Shown: piece after piece, positions 1-8,586 of the stretch
Numbering within the stretch: position 1 is the stretch's first letter
Layout of the letters: each line of letters opens with the position of its first letter
DNA from: a virus
DNA: 64,000 nt
IMG/VR virus record: IMGVR_UViG_3300014348_000112
Span: 16,820 to 80,819 of that record
Strand: one strand, 5' to 3'
Made by a program: the position numbers and the translations under genes
Notes under the pieces: generated by a model
Database searches by the model: none
The model's input: the letters and a program-made list of their open reading frames with translations, nothing else
What the model was told of the DNA's origin: nothing

Positions 1-1308
1 CGGCACAAACTACGCAATCAAGCTGACTACGACTCCACCCCCGGCCAACTCGGCGCCATGCCTGCCGGCTCTCACGACGCCGTAGTCTCCTCACCCCCCT
101 ACGCCCAGGCCCGCATCGACGGCCACGGCGACGAGGGCGCGTCGGGGCTGCGTGCGCAGGACGGCAGCTACCTGCGCGGCCCGGACGGCTGGCAGCAGCG
201 CAAGGCAATGGGCGGGCGCTACGGCGATAGCGACGGGAACCTGGCCAATCTGCCGGCAGGGGAGCTGGCCGATGGGGTGGTGTCAAGCCCGCCCTACGCG
301 GAGACGGAGATCACCGGACGCCGCAACTTCGCCTCGCCGGCCAACCCCGGCGGCCAGGACGCCAACATCAACACCGCCGACCGGCAAGACGGCTACGGCA
401 GCACGCCGGGCAACCTGGGCGCGCTACGGGCCGGCGATTGGGATGCGGCCATCTCGTCGCCGCCCTACGCGGAGACCATCAACCAGACCGATGGCGCCAA
501 CGACGCCCAGGCCCGCGTGCAGCGCAAGGCCGCGGCCGGCGTAGACGTGACGCAACCGATCAACGTCGGCGGCCCCAACAGCGTCCTGAACCAGCCGCAA
601 AACTACGGCAGCACGCCGGGCAACCTGGGCGCGCTACGGGCCGGCGATTGGGATGCGACCATCTCGTCGCCGCCCTACGCGGACGGCGCGCAGCACACAG
701 GCGGCGAGACCCGCATGACCAGCGGGCAAGGCGGTCCGATCCAGTTCGTGGCCTACGGCTCATCGCCCGGCCAACTTGCCGACCTGCCAGCCGGCGACTT
801 CGACGCCTCGGTGGCCTCGCCGCCCTACGAGCAGCGCACCGTCCACGGCCAGGCCGGCGTGACACGGGAAGGCTTTGCTGACCCGGCGCGCGTCGGCAAA
901 ACAAGCGCTGCGCTGGTGTTGGACGACTACGGCGCCGACCCGGACAACCTGGGCAACAACACTGGCGAGACGTTCTGGTCTGCCGCGCGCACGATCCTGG
1001 AGGAGACCTTCGCCATCCTGAAGCCGGGCGGCTATGCAGCGTGGATCACTGGCGATTTTGTCCGCGACAAGAAGCGCGTCCTTTTCGGCGAACAGTGGCT
1101 GGCGCTGTGCGAGGCCGTCGGCTTCGAGCCGGTGCTGTGGGCGGTGGCCTGGAAGGCCGAGACGCACGGCCACCAGCTCGGCATCTTCGGAGAGCCGGTC
1201 GAGCTGAGGACCTCAAAAGTTTCGTTCTTTCGCCGGCTGGCCAACCGCAACAACCCGGACGCGGCGATTGAGAACGAGGATGTCCTGTTTGTTCGCAAGC
1301 CTTTATAG
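1..1308 (+). CDS. Amino-(N4C/N6A)-type DNA methyltransferase-like protein with five repeated SPPY motifs; 5'-truncated by the window
   Basis: Frame 1 is open from base 1 (RHKLRNQADYDSTPGQLGAMPAG...). Five (S/A)SPPY motif-IV units, then a typical post-motif-IV core (ILEETFAILKPGGYAAWITGD...EDVLFVRK). SAM-binding motif I is not visible. Confidence 0.72.
   Translation, partial: RHKLRNQADYDSTPGQLGAMPAGSHDAVVSSPPYAQARIDGHGDEGASGLRAQDGSYLRGPDGWQQRKAMGGRYGDSDGNLANLPAGELADGVVSSPPYAETEITGRRNFASPANPGGQDANINTADRQDGYGSTPGNLGALRAGDWDAAISSPPYAETINQTDGANDAQARVQRKAAAGVDVTQPINVGGPNSVLNQPQNYGSTPGNLGALRAGDWDATISSPPYADGAQHTGGETRMTSGQGGPIQFVAYGSSPGQLADLPAGDFDASVASPPYEQRTVHGQAGVTREGFADPARVGKTSAALVLDDYGADPDNLGNNTGETFWSAARTILEETFAILKPGGYAAWITGDFVRDKKRVLFGEQWLALCEAVGFEPVLWAVAWKAETHGHQLGIFGEPVELRTSKVSFFRRLANRNNPDAAIENEDVLFVRKPL
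393..683 (+). repeat. 81-bp intragenic direct repeat (393-473 / 603-683, 1 mismatch)
   Basis: ctacggcagcacgccgggcaacctgggcgcgctacgggccggcgattgggatgcg(g/a)ccatctcgtcgccgccctacgcgga occurs twice, 210 bp apart. Confidence 0.95.
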
Positions 1309-1360
1309 CCCGCAGCGACCAACACGGCCAAATCGCCGGTCGAGCAAGCCGCTACAGTAG

Positions 1361-1396
1361 CCCCCAGGGACGCCAGGACGGCCCAGGAGCGATTTT
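1361..1396 (+). repeat. 36-bp dispersed intergenic element, copy 1 (copy 2 inverted at 18797-18832)
   Basis: cccccagggacgccaggacg(g/a)cccaggagcgatttt, 35/36 identical to the reverse complement of 18797-18832. Confidence 0.9.
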
Positions 1397-1479
1397 ACCG
1401 CCATTTCGTGTGTATCCATCCAGCAGATCGCCAGAACGCCCATTCTGGCCCCGCTACAGCCAACCGAAAGGACCGCACC

Positions 1480-1716
1480 GTGACCACTGAAGCCCAACTG
1501 CGACTCGCCATTCGCCTGCGCGACGGCGGCGCCGCCCTCTACGACCTGGCCTACCTGGCCAGCCACAGCAGCATCCACCCCGACTATGGCCGGATCGCCT
1601 TCCGCATGAACGCCGAGGGCTGGGCCAGGCGCTCCGGCGACGAGGTAGTGGCCGAAGCTGCGGCCCGCTTCGCTGCGGAGCAGGCCGCGCTCGGTGCGAT
1701 GGACGGGCAGCCATGA
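1480..1716 (+). CDS. Hypothetical protein
   Basis: GTG start after an AAAGGA RBS; stop overlaps the next start. Confidence 0.6.
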   Translation: MTTEAQLRLAIRLRDGGAALYDLAYLASHSSIHPDYGRIAFRMNAEGWARRSGDEVVAEAAARFAAEQAALGAMDGQP

Positions 1717-2252
1717 CCACCATCATCGTCCGCCATCGCACCGACAAGCAGCCCACCGAGAGGCCCTACCTGCGGCGCTTCCAGCGCATCAGCTGCGCCA
1801 AGACGTACGGCTACCGCCCGCTCTGGTCGGCAGAGCGCGAACACGCGGCGGAGTTGGAGGCGCCAGCGGCCCGCGCGCTGCTGGCCTGGCTGCGCTCCTC
1901 CAAGTTCGGAGCCGGCTACGAGTACGAGTCGCCCGGCCTAGCCGAAGCGCCCGCCATCTCCCCGCGCGAACGGGAGATTACCCGCCGGCAACACCTGGTG
2001 CTGGAGGCGCTGGCTCAGTGGAGCGAGATCAACTCCGGCGCGCTGGCTGACCAGACCGGGCTGCCCCGCCGCGAGATCAGAACCATCTTGACCTACCTGA
2101 AAGACACCGGCGCAGCCGAGCGCGACGGCGATCTGTGGCACGGCCAATGGCGCGCCACGAAGTACGGCTACTGGCTGGTGGCACGCCGCCGGCTGGTGGC
2201 GCAGATCGCCGGCCGGCCCGGCTGGGTGGTGCAGGAGGCTCCCCGTGTTTGA
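1713..2252 (+). CDS. Hypothetical protein with a C-terminal winged-helix-like segment
   Basis: ATGA coupling; LVLEALAQWSEINSGALADQTGLPRREIRTILTYLKDTG resembles a wHTH. Confidence 0.6.
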   Translation: MTTIIVRHRTDKQPTERPYLRRFQRISCAKTYGYRPLWSAEREHAAELEAPAARALLAWLRSSKFGAGYEYESPGLAEAPAISPREREITRRQHLVLEALAQWSEINSGALADQTGLPRREIRTILTYLKDTGAAERDGDLWHGQWRATKYGYWLVARRRLVAQIAGRPGWVVQEAPRV

Positions 2253-2619
2253 GCACTGGCGCATGGCCCTCTTCGTGGCCGGCATGATCGTTCTGGCTCC
2301 CCTGCTCGCGCTGGGCCTGCTGCGGCTCGCGCACTTCCTGGCCATCAACGCCCTGGCCCGCCTCACTATGCGGCCTGGCGTGCGTTACGAGGGCTGGCGT
2401 TGGCGCCGGGTGCGCGCCTACGTCATCGACCGGGACCACGGCAAGTGCGTGCGCTGCGGCCGGCGCTACCGGCTGATGCACGTCCACCACCGGCTCCCCG
2501 TGGCGCGCGGCGGGTCGCACCAGACGTGGAACCTGGAGACGCGCTGCTACGAGTGCCACCGGGATGAGCACGCGTGGATGCCCGAAACTGGCCCATCAAA
2601 TAGCTTGACAATCCGGTGA
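2245..2619 (+). CDS. HNH endonuclease with an N-terminal hydrophobic (TM-like) segment
   Basis: RDHGKCVRCG...HVHHRLPVARGGSHQTWNLETRCYECH is a canonical HNH/Zn pattern. Confidence 0.85.
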   Translation: MFEHWRMALFVAGMIVLAPLLALGLLRLAHFLAINALARLTMRPGVRYEGWRWRRVRAYVIDRDHGKCVRCGRRYRLMHVHHRLPVARGGSHQTWNLETRCYECHRDEHAWMPETGPSNSLTIR

Positions 2620-2633
2620 TAATAGGTTATAAT
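2605..2633 (+). promoter_or_regulatory. Consensus sigma70-type promoter with CGGTGAT direct repeats
   Basis: TTGACA (2605-2610), 17-bp spacer, TATAAT (2628-2633); CGGTGAT at 2614-2620 and 2634-2640; ATG at 2644. Confidence 0.85.
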
Positions 2634-2643
2634 CGGTGATGCC

Positions 2644-2874
2644 ATGACAAATAGAAACCACCCCCCTGTCACACTCTCTATTCGGATGCCGCGCAACGTC
2701 TACGACGCCGTGGCCGCGCGGGCGCAGGCCGAGGATCGCTCGCTGAACTACGTGATCAACACGACTCTGGGCGCAGCGCTTGCCGGAGCAGGTGGACGAC
2801 CTGCTGAGACAACGAACGGTTCTCTTGCCGCGCCAGCTCAGCCAGCGCCTGGTGCAGATCGGCCGGCATCCTGA
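2644..2874 (+). CDS. Arc/MetJ-type ribbon-helix-helix DNA-binding protein
   Basis: VTLSIRMPRNVYDAVAARAQAEDRSLNYVINTTL matches the Arc RHH pattern. Confidence 0.75.
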   Translation: MTNRNHPPVTLSIRMPRNVYDAVAARAQAEDRSLNYVINTTLGAALAGAGGRPAETTNGSLAAPAQPAPGADRPAS

Positions 2875-2923
2875 CGCTCATCGTCACGGTCTCTTGAGAC
2901 TGGTCGAGTTTGGGTCTGGACAT
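2756..2923 (-). CDS. Arc-type ribbon-helix-helix protein, antisense to and overlapping the previous gene
   Basis: MSRPKLDQSQETVTMSVRMPADLHQALAELARQENRSLSQQVVHLLRQAL matches the Arc RHH pattern. Confidence 0.75.
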   Translation of the reverse strand: MSRPKLDQSQETVTMSVRMPADLHQALAELARQENRSLSQQVVHLLRQALRPESC

Positions 2924-2967
2924 AGCCCAAGTATAGCACCAAAACGGTGCGCGCACAAGAGTTTTTT

Positions 2968-3816
2968 ATGACGACTTACAAAATCGCCGTCAACCGTCAC
3001 CCCCTCGACCGAAAACTACCCCACGGCGACCCGTTCTGGCCGACCTTCAACGCGTCGTTTCAGAACCTGGAGCTGGAGCCGTTCGACCTGGGCCGGATGA
3101 TCTACGACGGCCACGCCATTACCACCTGGCACGGCAACAACTGGCGCCACTCCAAGAACTTCCTGCTCGGCCAGCACCTGGGGCTGGACTTCGACACCGA
3201 GGACAAGCGCAGCGCGCTGGCCACGCTGATGGCCGACAAGTTCATCGCCCGCTATGCGGCGCTGCTCTACACCACCCCCAGCCATACCCCAGAGAAACCT
3301 CGAACGCGCGTGATCTTCCTGTTGGACACCCCCATCCAGCAGGCCAAAAACTACGCCTTGGCTGCCCAGGCGCTCATCTGGTCGTTCGGCTCCGCCGACA
3401 GCGCCTGCAAAGACCCGGCCAGAAGCTGGTGGGGGTCCCTGCACTGTGAGATGGAGATACCCTACAAGGAACTGCCGCTGGATATGGTTAAGCGGCTGAT
3501 CGCCCAGCACCAGGAAGTTACGGCTAGGGAAAAGAGTAGCCGGCCGCGCGTGGCGCTAGACACGGCGGTCAACGACAAGTACATCACGGCCGCTCTGCGC
3601 AGCGAGGTGGAAGCAATGCTCGCTGCCCCCCAAGGCGCGCGCAACGCGACACTGAACCGGGCGGTCTTTAACCTGGGGCGCTTCGTCGCCAGCGGGGAAA
3701 TGTCGGAGACCGTGATCGAGGACGCGCTGGCTGATGCGGCACGCGCGGTCGGCCTGGAAGAGCAGGAGATAGTGGCCACCCTACGGAGCGCAATGAGAGC
3801 AGCGACAGGAACGTAA
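2968..3816 (+). CDS. AEP-like primase/polymerase with a C-terminal PriCT-like helical domain
   Basis: LGLDFD and YTTPSHTPEKPRTRVIF motifs; C-terminal GARNATLNRAVFNLGRFV; next to replication genes. Confidence 0.68.
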   Translation: MTTYKIAVNRHPLDRKLPHGDPFWPTFNASFQNLELEPFDLGRMIYDGHAITTWHGNNWRHSKNFLLGQHLGLDFDTEDKRSALATLMADKFIARYAALLYTTPSHTPEKPRTRVIFLLDTPIQQAKNYALAAQALIWSFGSADSACKDPARSWWGSLHCEMEIPYKELPLDMVKRLIAQHQEVTAREKSSRPRVALDTAVNDKYITAALRSEVEAMLAAPQGARNATLNRAVFNLGRFVASGEMSETVIEDALADAARAVGLEEQEIVATLRSAMRAATGT

Positions 3817-3818
3817 CT

Positions 3819-4022
3819 ATGCCAACCATCACGCACCACGAAGACGGGCTAGAACTGTTCGTCAACCAACTTGGCACCATCTCGCTCCAGCAATACGAGC
3901 CGGCGCTGGGGATGACCATGACCGTCTGTATCCGACCGGAACACGTCGAAGCAGTGCGTCAGCACCTTGCTGACCTGAGCGCCGAAGCGCAGCAGTTTGT
4001 CGCAGAGGAAACACCGCGATGA
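3819..4022 (+). CDS. Hypothetical protein
   Basis: Tightly packed between its neighbours, with ATGA overlap downstream. Confidence 0.6.
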   Translation: MPTITHHEDGLELFVNQLGTISLQQYEPALGMTMTVCIRPEHVEAVRQHLADLSAEAQQFVAEETPR

Positions 4023-4438
4023 GTGTCAAGCTAATGTCCGCCATCTGGGACAACGACGATCCCAACTTATACGGTGATGGCTTGCTGACCATGCTGGTTT
4101 TGGCAGACAACACTCAGGACGACGGAGCGTGCGAGGTAGCAATAAAGCGCCTCGACCGCCGCTTGCGGCTGACGCGCGCCGACACAATCAGCATCTTGCT
4201 GATGCTTGAAAAGATGGGCTACGTGACCATCGGGTGTGTAAACGATTTTTCTTTTACAGGAACCGTTAACGTCTTTGCCGACGACAAGCGCTGCGCAAAG
4301 TGCGGTACGGGATTTCACCTGACGATTGATCATGTCACGCCGAAATCATGGGGCGGCTCCGATGAACCAGGCAACTTGCAATGGCTGTGCCGGTCATGCA
4401 ACAGCAGCAAAGGCAATCGCCACGCCACGAGGTATTAG
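4019..4438 (+). CDS. HTH-like plus HNH endonuclease fusion
   Basis: C-terminal CAKCG...TIDHVTPKSWGGSDEPGNLQWLCRSCNSSKG; the N-terminus resembles phage replication HTH domains. Confidence 0.8.
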   Translation: MSVKLMSAIWDNDDPNLYGDGLLTMLVLADNTQDDGACEVAIKRLDRRLRLTRADTISILLMLEKMGYVTIGCVNDFSFTGTVNVFADDKRCAKCGTGFHLTIDHVTPKSWGGSDEPGNLQWLCRSCNSSKGNRHATRY

Positions 4439-5341
4439 ATGACCCGCAGAATGCTCGATAGCGCAATCTGGAAAAACGAGAAGTTCGCAGTCATGCCCCC
4501 GATGGCGAGACTGCTTGCTATCGGCATAATCAACCACGCCGACGACCAGGGACGGGGAAAAGCGCACCCGGTTTATCTGCGTTCGCAAATCTTCCCCTTC
4601 GACGACGTGACAGCCGGACAAGTAGCCGACTGGCTAGATATGGTTGCGGGGAACGAAACGATCCTGATCTACCAAGCGGACGGCAAGGACTATTACCAAA
4701 TCCTGAACTGGTGGACCTACCAGTCACACCAGTACGCCATGCCGTCGCAGTATCCCAAACCCCCCGGCTGGCGGGACCGAATCCGCAAGACATTCACCAG
4801 GGGCGTAATAGTCACCTGCAACTGGATCACAGCGGACGGCAAACGTTCACCTGATACGTGCGATGAGCAAGGACTTGCTATTCAGGTGAAGGATCAGGTG
4901 AAGGATCAGGTGAAGGTACAAGGTGAAGGATCGGGTGAAGGTACAAGTTCAAGTATAAGTTTAAGTATAAGATCATCTTCTAAAGACGCCGCTGAAAACG
5001 CTTTGATCGACCCGGAACTTGCGCAAGCGCTGACTCGCTGGAAAGAAATCTTTACCGGCACGCCCCACGAAGCCACCCCGCCGATTGCGATGCTGCCTAA
5101 GTGGCTAGCCTACGGTGGCGTGAACGTTTTGTGCTACATGATCGACAAGGCCAAGGACAAGTCAAACCCTACCGGGTATCTCTACACAACTTACGATAAC
5201 TGGCGCCAAGACGGCGAGGTGGCGCCCTACGTGCAAAAGGCCGTCGCAAATGGAAAGAACCCGGCGCCTACGAAACTCGAAGTCACTCACTTCATTCATC
5301 CTATCACTGGAGAAATTACGCCGGTGCCAGAAAAAGCATAA
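4439..5341 (+). CDS. Phage replication initiator (replisome organiser-like)
   Basis: N-terminal RLLAIGIINHADDQGRG...LRSQIFPFD pattern, internal iterons, directly upstream of the helicase (lambda O/P-like arrangement). Confidence 0.72.
   Translation: MTRRMLDSAIWKNEKFAVMPPMARLLAIGIINHADDQGRGKAHPVYLRSQIFPFDDVTAGQVADWLDMVAGNETILIYQADGKDYYQILNWWTYQSHQYAMPSQYPKPPGWRDRIRKTFTRGVIVTCNWITADGKRSPDTCDEQGLAIQVKDQVKDQVKVQGEGSGEGTSSSISLSIRSSSKDAAENALIDPELAQALTRWKEIFTGTPHEATPPIAMLPKWLAYGGVNVLCYMIDKAKDKSNPTGYLYTTYDNWRQDGEVAPYVQKAVANGKNPAPTKLEVTHFIHPITGEITPVPEKA
4883..4972 (+). repeat. Iteron-like repeats plus AT-rich tract; candidate replication origin
   Basis: Five 12-13 bp units with core GGTGAAGG (4883-4943), followed by two AAGTATAAG copies in an AT-rich stretch. 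Confidence 0.68.
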
Positions 5342-5410
5342 TTACAACAGCGTCTTGCCGCAAACGGTGGCAAGTTCTCGCCCTCCCCAAAGGGTATCCC
5401 GGAGCATTTA

Positions 5411-6469
5411 ATGAATCCCGACGTTGCGCAATTTGAAGCCCTTGGCAAGGAACTCCTGCGCCGCTGTCTCGCCGAGGAGGAGCCGGCCGACCTGCACGCT
5501 TGGGCGACACAGGCGCTGGCCCACATCGGCGGCACGACCGACGCCAGCGCGGTCTTGCGCTGGAAAGACAGCTTCACCTATTACGAGGAACTCTTGCGCC
5601 AGCGCGCCGCAATGGCCCTCCTGCCGCCTGATCAGCGCCGGCAGATCGACTGGCCCTGGGCCTCCTGGAACCGGCTGATCAGTCCCATGAAGCCGGGGAT
5701 GCTGGCCAGCATCTCTGCCCCGGACGGCGAGGGTAAGACCATCGTGGTTGAGTGCCTGGCAGAACATTGGGCGGCGCGCGGCCACCGGGTTGCCTTTGTC
5801 CACTACGAGTTGAACCGCGAACTGATGATGGATCGGCGCACCGCGCGCCATACGTCCATCGTTGTGCGAATGCTTGAGTCTGGTATGCTCACGCCAGAGC
5901 AAGAGGCAATTATTCAGGCCGTGCGCCCCCGACTTGAGGCGTGGGAGGGCGAGATCAACTACGTCCACACCCCCGGCTGGACGATGGAGCAGACTGTCGC
6001 CGAGCTACGCAGGCTGCGCGAGGAGGGCTTGTGCGACGTGGTGGTCATCGACTACCTGGAGAAAGCATTTGCCAGCGCGCGCCAACTCAAGATGTACGGC
6101 GCCAACTACTGGCTGCGTGAGGCCGACAACGTAGAGATGCTCAAGAGTTTCGCCGAGAGCGCCAAATTGCCGGTCATCATGGTGACGCAACTAAACAAGG
6201 CCGGCAAGACCATCGAGGCGGCCAAGATGGATCGCAGTGACATCGGTGGTTCCGGCGAGAAGTCCACCAAAGCAAATCTGGTGGTGCTACTGAAGCGCGA
6301 GACGAACGCCGACGGCAGCCGGTCCAACGTCGTCCGGGTGCGCATTGACAAGAACACAATGGGCGCGGACGGCGCCTTCGTGCAGTACATGCAGCCGGAG
6401 TTCTTCCGGCTGGCCGACATCCACGAGGCAGGCAACAACAACAATGGACGATCTCATACAGCGAATTGA
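5411..6469 (+). CDS. DnaB-like replicative helicase (SF4)
   Basis: Walker A ISAPDGEGKT, Walker B VVVIDYL, IMVTQLNK and VRIDKN motifs. Confidence 0.85.
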   Translation: MNPDVAQFEALGKELLRRCLAEEEPADLHAWATQALAHIGGTTDASAVLRWKDSFTYYEELLRQRAAMALLPPDQRRQIDWPWASWNRLISPMKPGMLASISAPDGEGKTIVVECLAEHWAARGHRVAFVHYELNRELMMDRRTARHTSIVVRMLESGMLTPEQEAIIQAVRPRLEAWEGEINYVHTPGWTMEQTVAELRRLREEGLCDVVVIDYLEKAFASARQLKMYGANYWLREADNVEMLKSFAESAKLPVIMVTQLNKAGKTIEAAKMDRSDIGGSGEKSTKANLVVLLKRETNADGSRSNVVRVRIDKNTMGADGAFVQYMQPEFFRLADIHEAGNNNNGRSHTAN

Positions 6470-6626
6470 TGAACTGGAACAGACCCTGGCGCAGATCGCC
6501 GGCTGCGCGGCTCACCAGCAGCAGCCGCACCGCCGGCTGGCCGCCATCCACCGCTGGGCCACGAACGCGCTGCTGCCTGAGCCAGAGCACAGCATGGGCC
6601 TGGTGGTCGAGGAGTTTGACGCATGA
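6444..6626 (+). CDS. Hypothetical protein (MDDLIQRIDELEQ...)
   Basis: Internal ATG of the track ORF; coiled-coil-like start; overlaps the next ATG. Confidence 0.5.
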   Translation: MDDLIQRIDELEQTLAQIAGCAAHQQQPHRRLAAIHRWATNALLPEPEHSMGLVVEEFDA

Positions 6627-6799
6627 CCCCAAACCAGAAGCAAGGCCGCTTCGACTTCCTGCTCGCCCTGCCACACCTGTGGCCAGAGCAGGTCGAAGAG
6701 CTGCGGCAACTCAGCGTCGAGCTGGGCCGGGCAGCGCGCTTCTACCAGCTCGACCTCAACAACCAGCCGGCCGCCTGGCTGGAGGCCAACCATGACTGA
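6623..6799 (+). CDS. Hypothetical protein, 58 aa (MTPNQKQGRFDFLLALPHLW...), not in the ORF track
   Basis: Hand-translated; ATGA coupling upstream; fills the gap between neighbours. Confidence 0.5.
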   Translation: MTPNQKQGRFDFLLALPHLWPEQVEELRQLSVELGRAARFYQLDLNNQPAAWLEANHD

Positions 6800-7049
6800 G
6801 ACCGAGCGCCTCCTACTCCTCGTCGCCATCGGCTTCGCCCTGGGCTACGCCACCGGCCGGATGATCCCCGTCCTCTGGGCCACCCGCCTGCGCTGGACCA
6901 TCCAGGATCACACGCCCCGCCGCTGCGCCGAGTGCGGCCGCTGGTGCTGGACCGGCGACACGGAGCGCGCCCGCCACAAGCTCGCCGGCTGGGTGCGCGT
7001 CTGCCGGCGCTGCTACGCCGAGCACTACAAGCCGTTCAGCAAGGAATAG
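6792..7049 (+). CDS. Small protein with a TM segment and Cys pairs (CAECG...CRRC)
   Basis: GGAGG RBS; hydrophobic N-terminus; two CxxC pairs. Confidence 0.6.
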   Translation: MTETERLLLLVAIGFALGYATGRMIPVLWATRLRWTIQDHTPRRCAECGRWCWTGDTERARHKLAGWVRVCRRCYAEHYKPFSKE

Positions 7050-7051
7050 TT

Positions 7052-7171
7052 ATGTCAAAAAGCGAGGTGATCAAACTTGTCCAAGAAATCAAGGCCACTA
7101 AAGACCCGCAAACCTTGCGTGAGCTGCGCAAGCGCCTCATCAAGGCGGTCGCGCTCACGCCCAAACGCTAA
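7052..7171 (+). CDS. Small hypothetical protein, 39 aa (MSKSEVIKLVQEIK...)
   Basis: AAGGA RBS; amphipathic helix. Confidence 0.45.
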   Translation: MSKSEVIKLVQEIKATKDPQTLRELRKRLIKAVALTPKR

Positions 7172-7703
7172 CAGCCACGACGCGCACCGCGCCGAGTACG
7201 TCGCCGCCGGCTGGCGCGTCGTTGACATCGACGCCCCTGTGGCGCCTGAGCCGGCCGCGCCCGACGCCCGACCGCTCACCCTCCTCCTGGCCGGCGCGCT
7301 CCTCCTGGCGGCGCTGACCGTGCTGCTGGTCGGCGGCTCCCTGGCCTGGCTGGACGCCGAGGCACAAGGACAGCCAACTGTTTACCGCGCGCTGCTCACC
7401 TGCCCAGAGAACCGCATCATCGTCAACGACGAGACGCCCCATACCTACTGGCGCGCGGTCTACACTGGCCGGCCACCCACCGATCCAGCCTGCAACTGGG
7501 GATGCGTCTGCTTCACCGGCTGGGGCCTGCTGCCGGCTGGCGGCAGTTGGTGGGTGCCGATGTACCAGGACGATGGCGCTGTTGTGCGCCGCAACCTCTC
7601 CGTTGAAGTCATGGAGGCCGGCAACGCGCCGCTAGTCGTGGCGGTGTGGCCGGCGCGCCCCTGTGGCAGCTCGGTGTGGCTGCCGGCAGTGGAGCGCTAC
7701 TGA
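7077..7703 (+). CDS. Hypothetical membrane-anchored protein (start uncertain)
   Basis: One strong TM stretch (LTLLLAGALLLAALTVLLVGGSLAWL); stop overlaps the next ATG. Confidence 0.5.
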   Translation: MSKKSRPLKTRKPCVSCASASSRRSRSRPNANSHDAHRAEYVAAGWRVVDIDAPVAPEPAAPDARPLTLLLAGALLLAALTVLLVGGSLAWLDAEAQGQPTVYRALLTCPENRIIVNDETPHTYWRAVYTGRPPTDPACNWGCVCFTGWGLLPAGGSWWVPMYQDDGAVVRRNLSVEVMEAGNAPLVVAVWPARPCGSSVWLPAVERY

Positions 7704-7903
7704 TGACCATCTCCAACGCCCTGGCTGTTTGGGGCCGGCAACTGGAGGCCGCCGGCTACCGCGACGTACAGCCGCGCGTGCTGGTCGTCACGCAAGGCCC
7801 CAACCCGCTGCCTGTCCTGCTGATCGACGCCGCCCTGAGCGATGCCGAGGCCGAGCAGGTGCTGCTGGCCGCGCTGGCCGTGCTCAAGAAGGGAGACGGT
7901 TGA
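7703..7903 (+). CDS. Hypothetical protein
   Basis: TGATG coupling on both sides. Confidence 0.55.
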   Translation: MTISNALAVWGRQLEAAGYRDVQPRVLVVTQGPNPLPVLLIDAALSDAEAEQVLLAALAVLKKGDG

Positions 7904-8586
7904 TGATCAAGCTGACCCACGCTTCGCGCGGCTCCGAGTTGTACCAAGTCGTTTCTGATTACGTGCGCGAGCGCCACTACCTGCACACCATGCCCGATCC
8001 GCGGGCAACGCCTGAGACGTTTATTGTTTGGTTGCCGTCCGGCCTGGCCGGCGTCCTGGTCTTCAGCCGCCCGGAGGCCACCCGCTGCGCTGATTGGTAC
8101 GGCAGTGTTGACGATGCAGCCGCCGGCCGCTGCGACTCCACGCGCTGGCAGGTTCTCAACCTGGCCCGCGTTTGGATCGCGCCGCGCTACCAGGCCGGTG
8201 GGGAATTGTATGAGCCTGCGCATGTACCCGGCTACACCGACCGGCGCGGTCGCTTCCGCTCAACGCTGGCCAGCGCAATTCTGCGCACCGCCATCGACCA
8301 CATCGGCTATGAGTACCTGCTTTTGCGCCCGCCCTGCTTTCTGGAGGAGCCGTACCGCATCCGTTGGCTGCTGTCCTACTGCGACACTCGCCTGCATCGC
8401 GGCGTGATTTATGCCGCTGCCGGCTTTGAACTTTACAAGACCAACCCCAAAGGCATCCAGACCTGGCGCATTCGCCTGCCCGACCTAACTGCTCAGCAGG
8501 ATGCCGCCATTCGCCTGGCCGCTGAGCGCCACCCCCGGTCTATCGCCTACCGCGGCCAGCGCGCGCAGATGGCGCTAGGAATCTGA
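7903..8586 (+). CDS. Mom-like (GNAT-fold) DNA modification enzyme
   Basis: VRERHYLH, LNLARVWI and LLSYCDTRLHRGVIYAAAGF resemble the Mom-family HY / RLW / SYAD...H.G.IY.A motifs. Confidence 0.62.
   Translation: MIKLTHASRGSELYQVVSDYVRERHYLHTMPDPRATPETFIVWLPSGLAGVLVFSRPEATRCADWYGSVDDAAAGRCDSTRWQVLNLARVWIAPRYQAGGELYEPAHVPGYTDRRGRFRSTLASAILRTAIDHIGYEYLLLRPPCFLEEPYRIRWLLSYCDTRLHRGVIYAAAGFELYKTNPKGIQTWRIRLPDLTAQQDAAIRLAAERHPRSIAYRGQRAQMALGI

Noticed and set aside
2245-4438. HNH genes as intron- or intein-associated homing endonucleases
   Set aside because: Both are free-standing ORFs coupled to their neighbours; no interrupted host gene or splice motifs seen.
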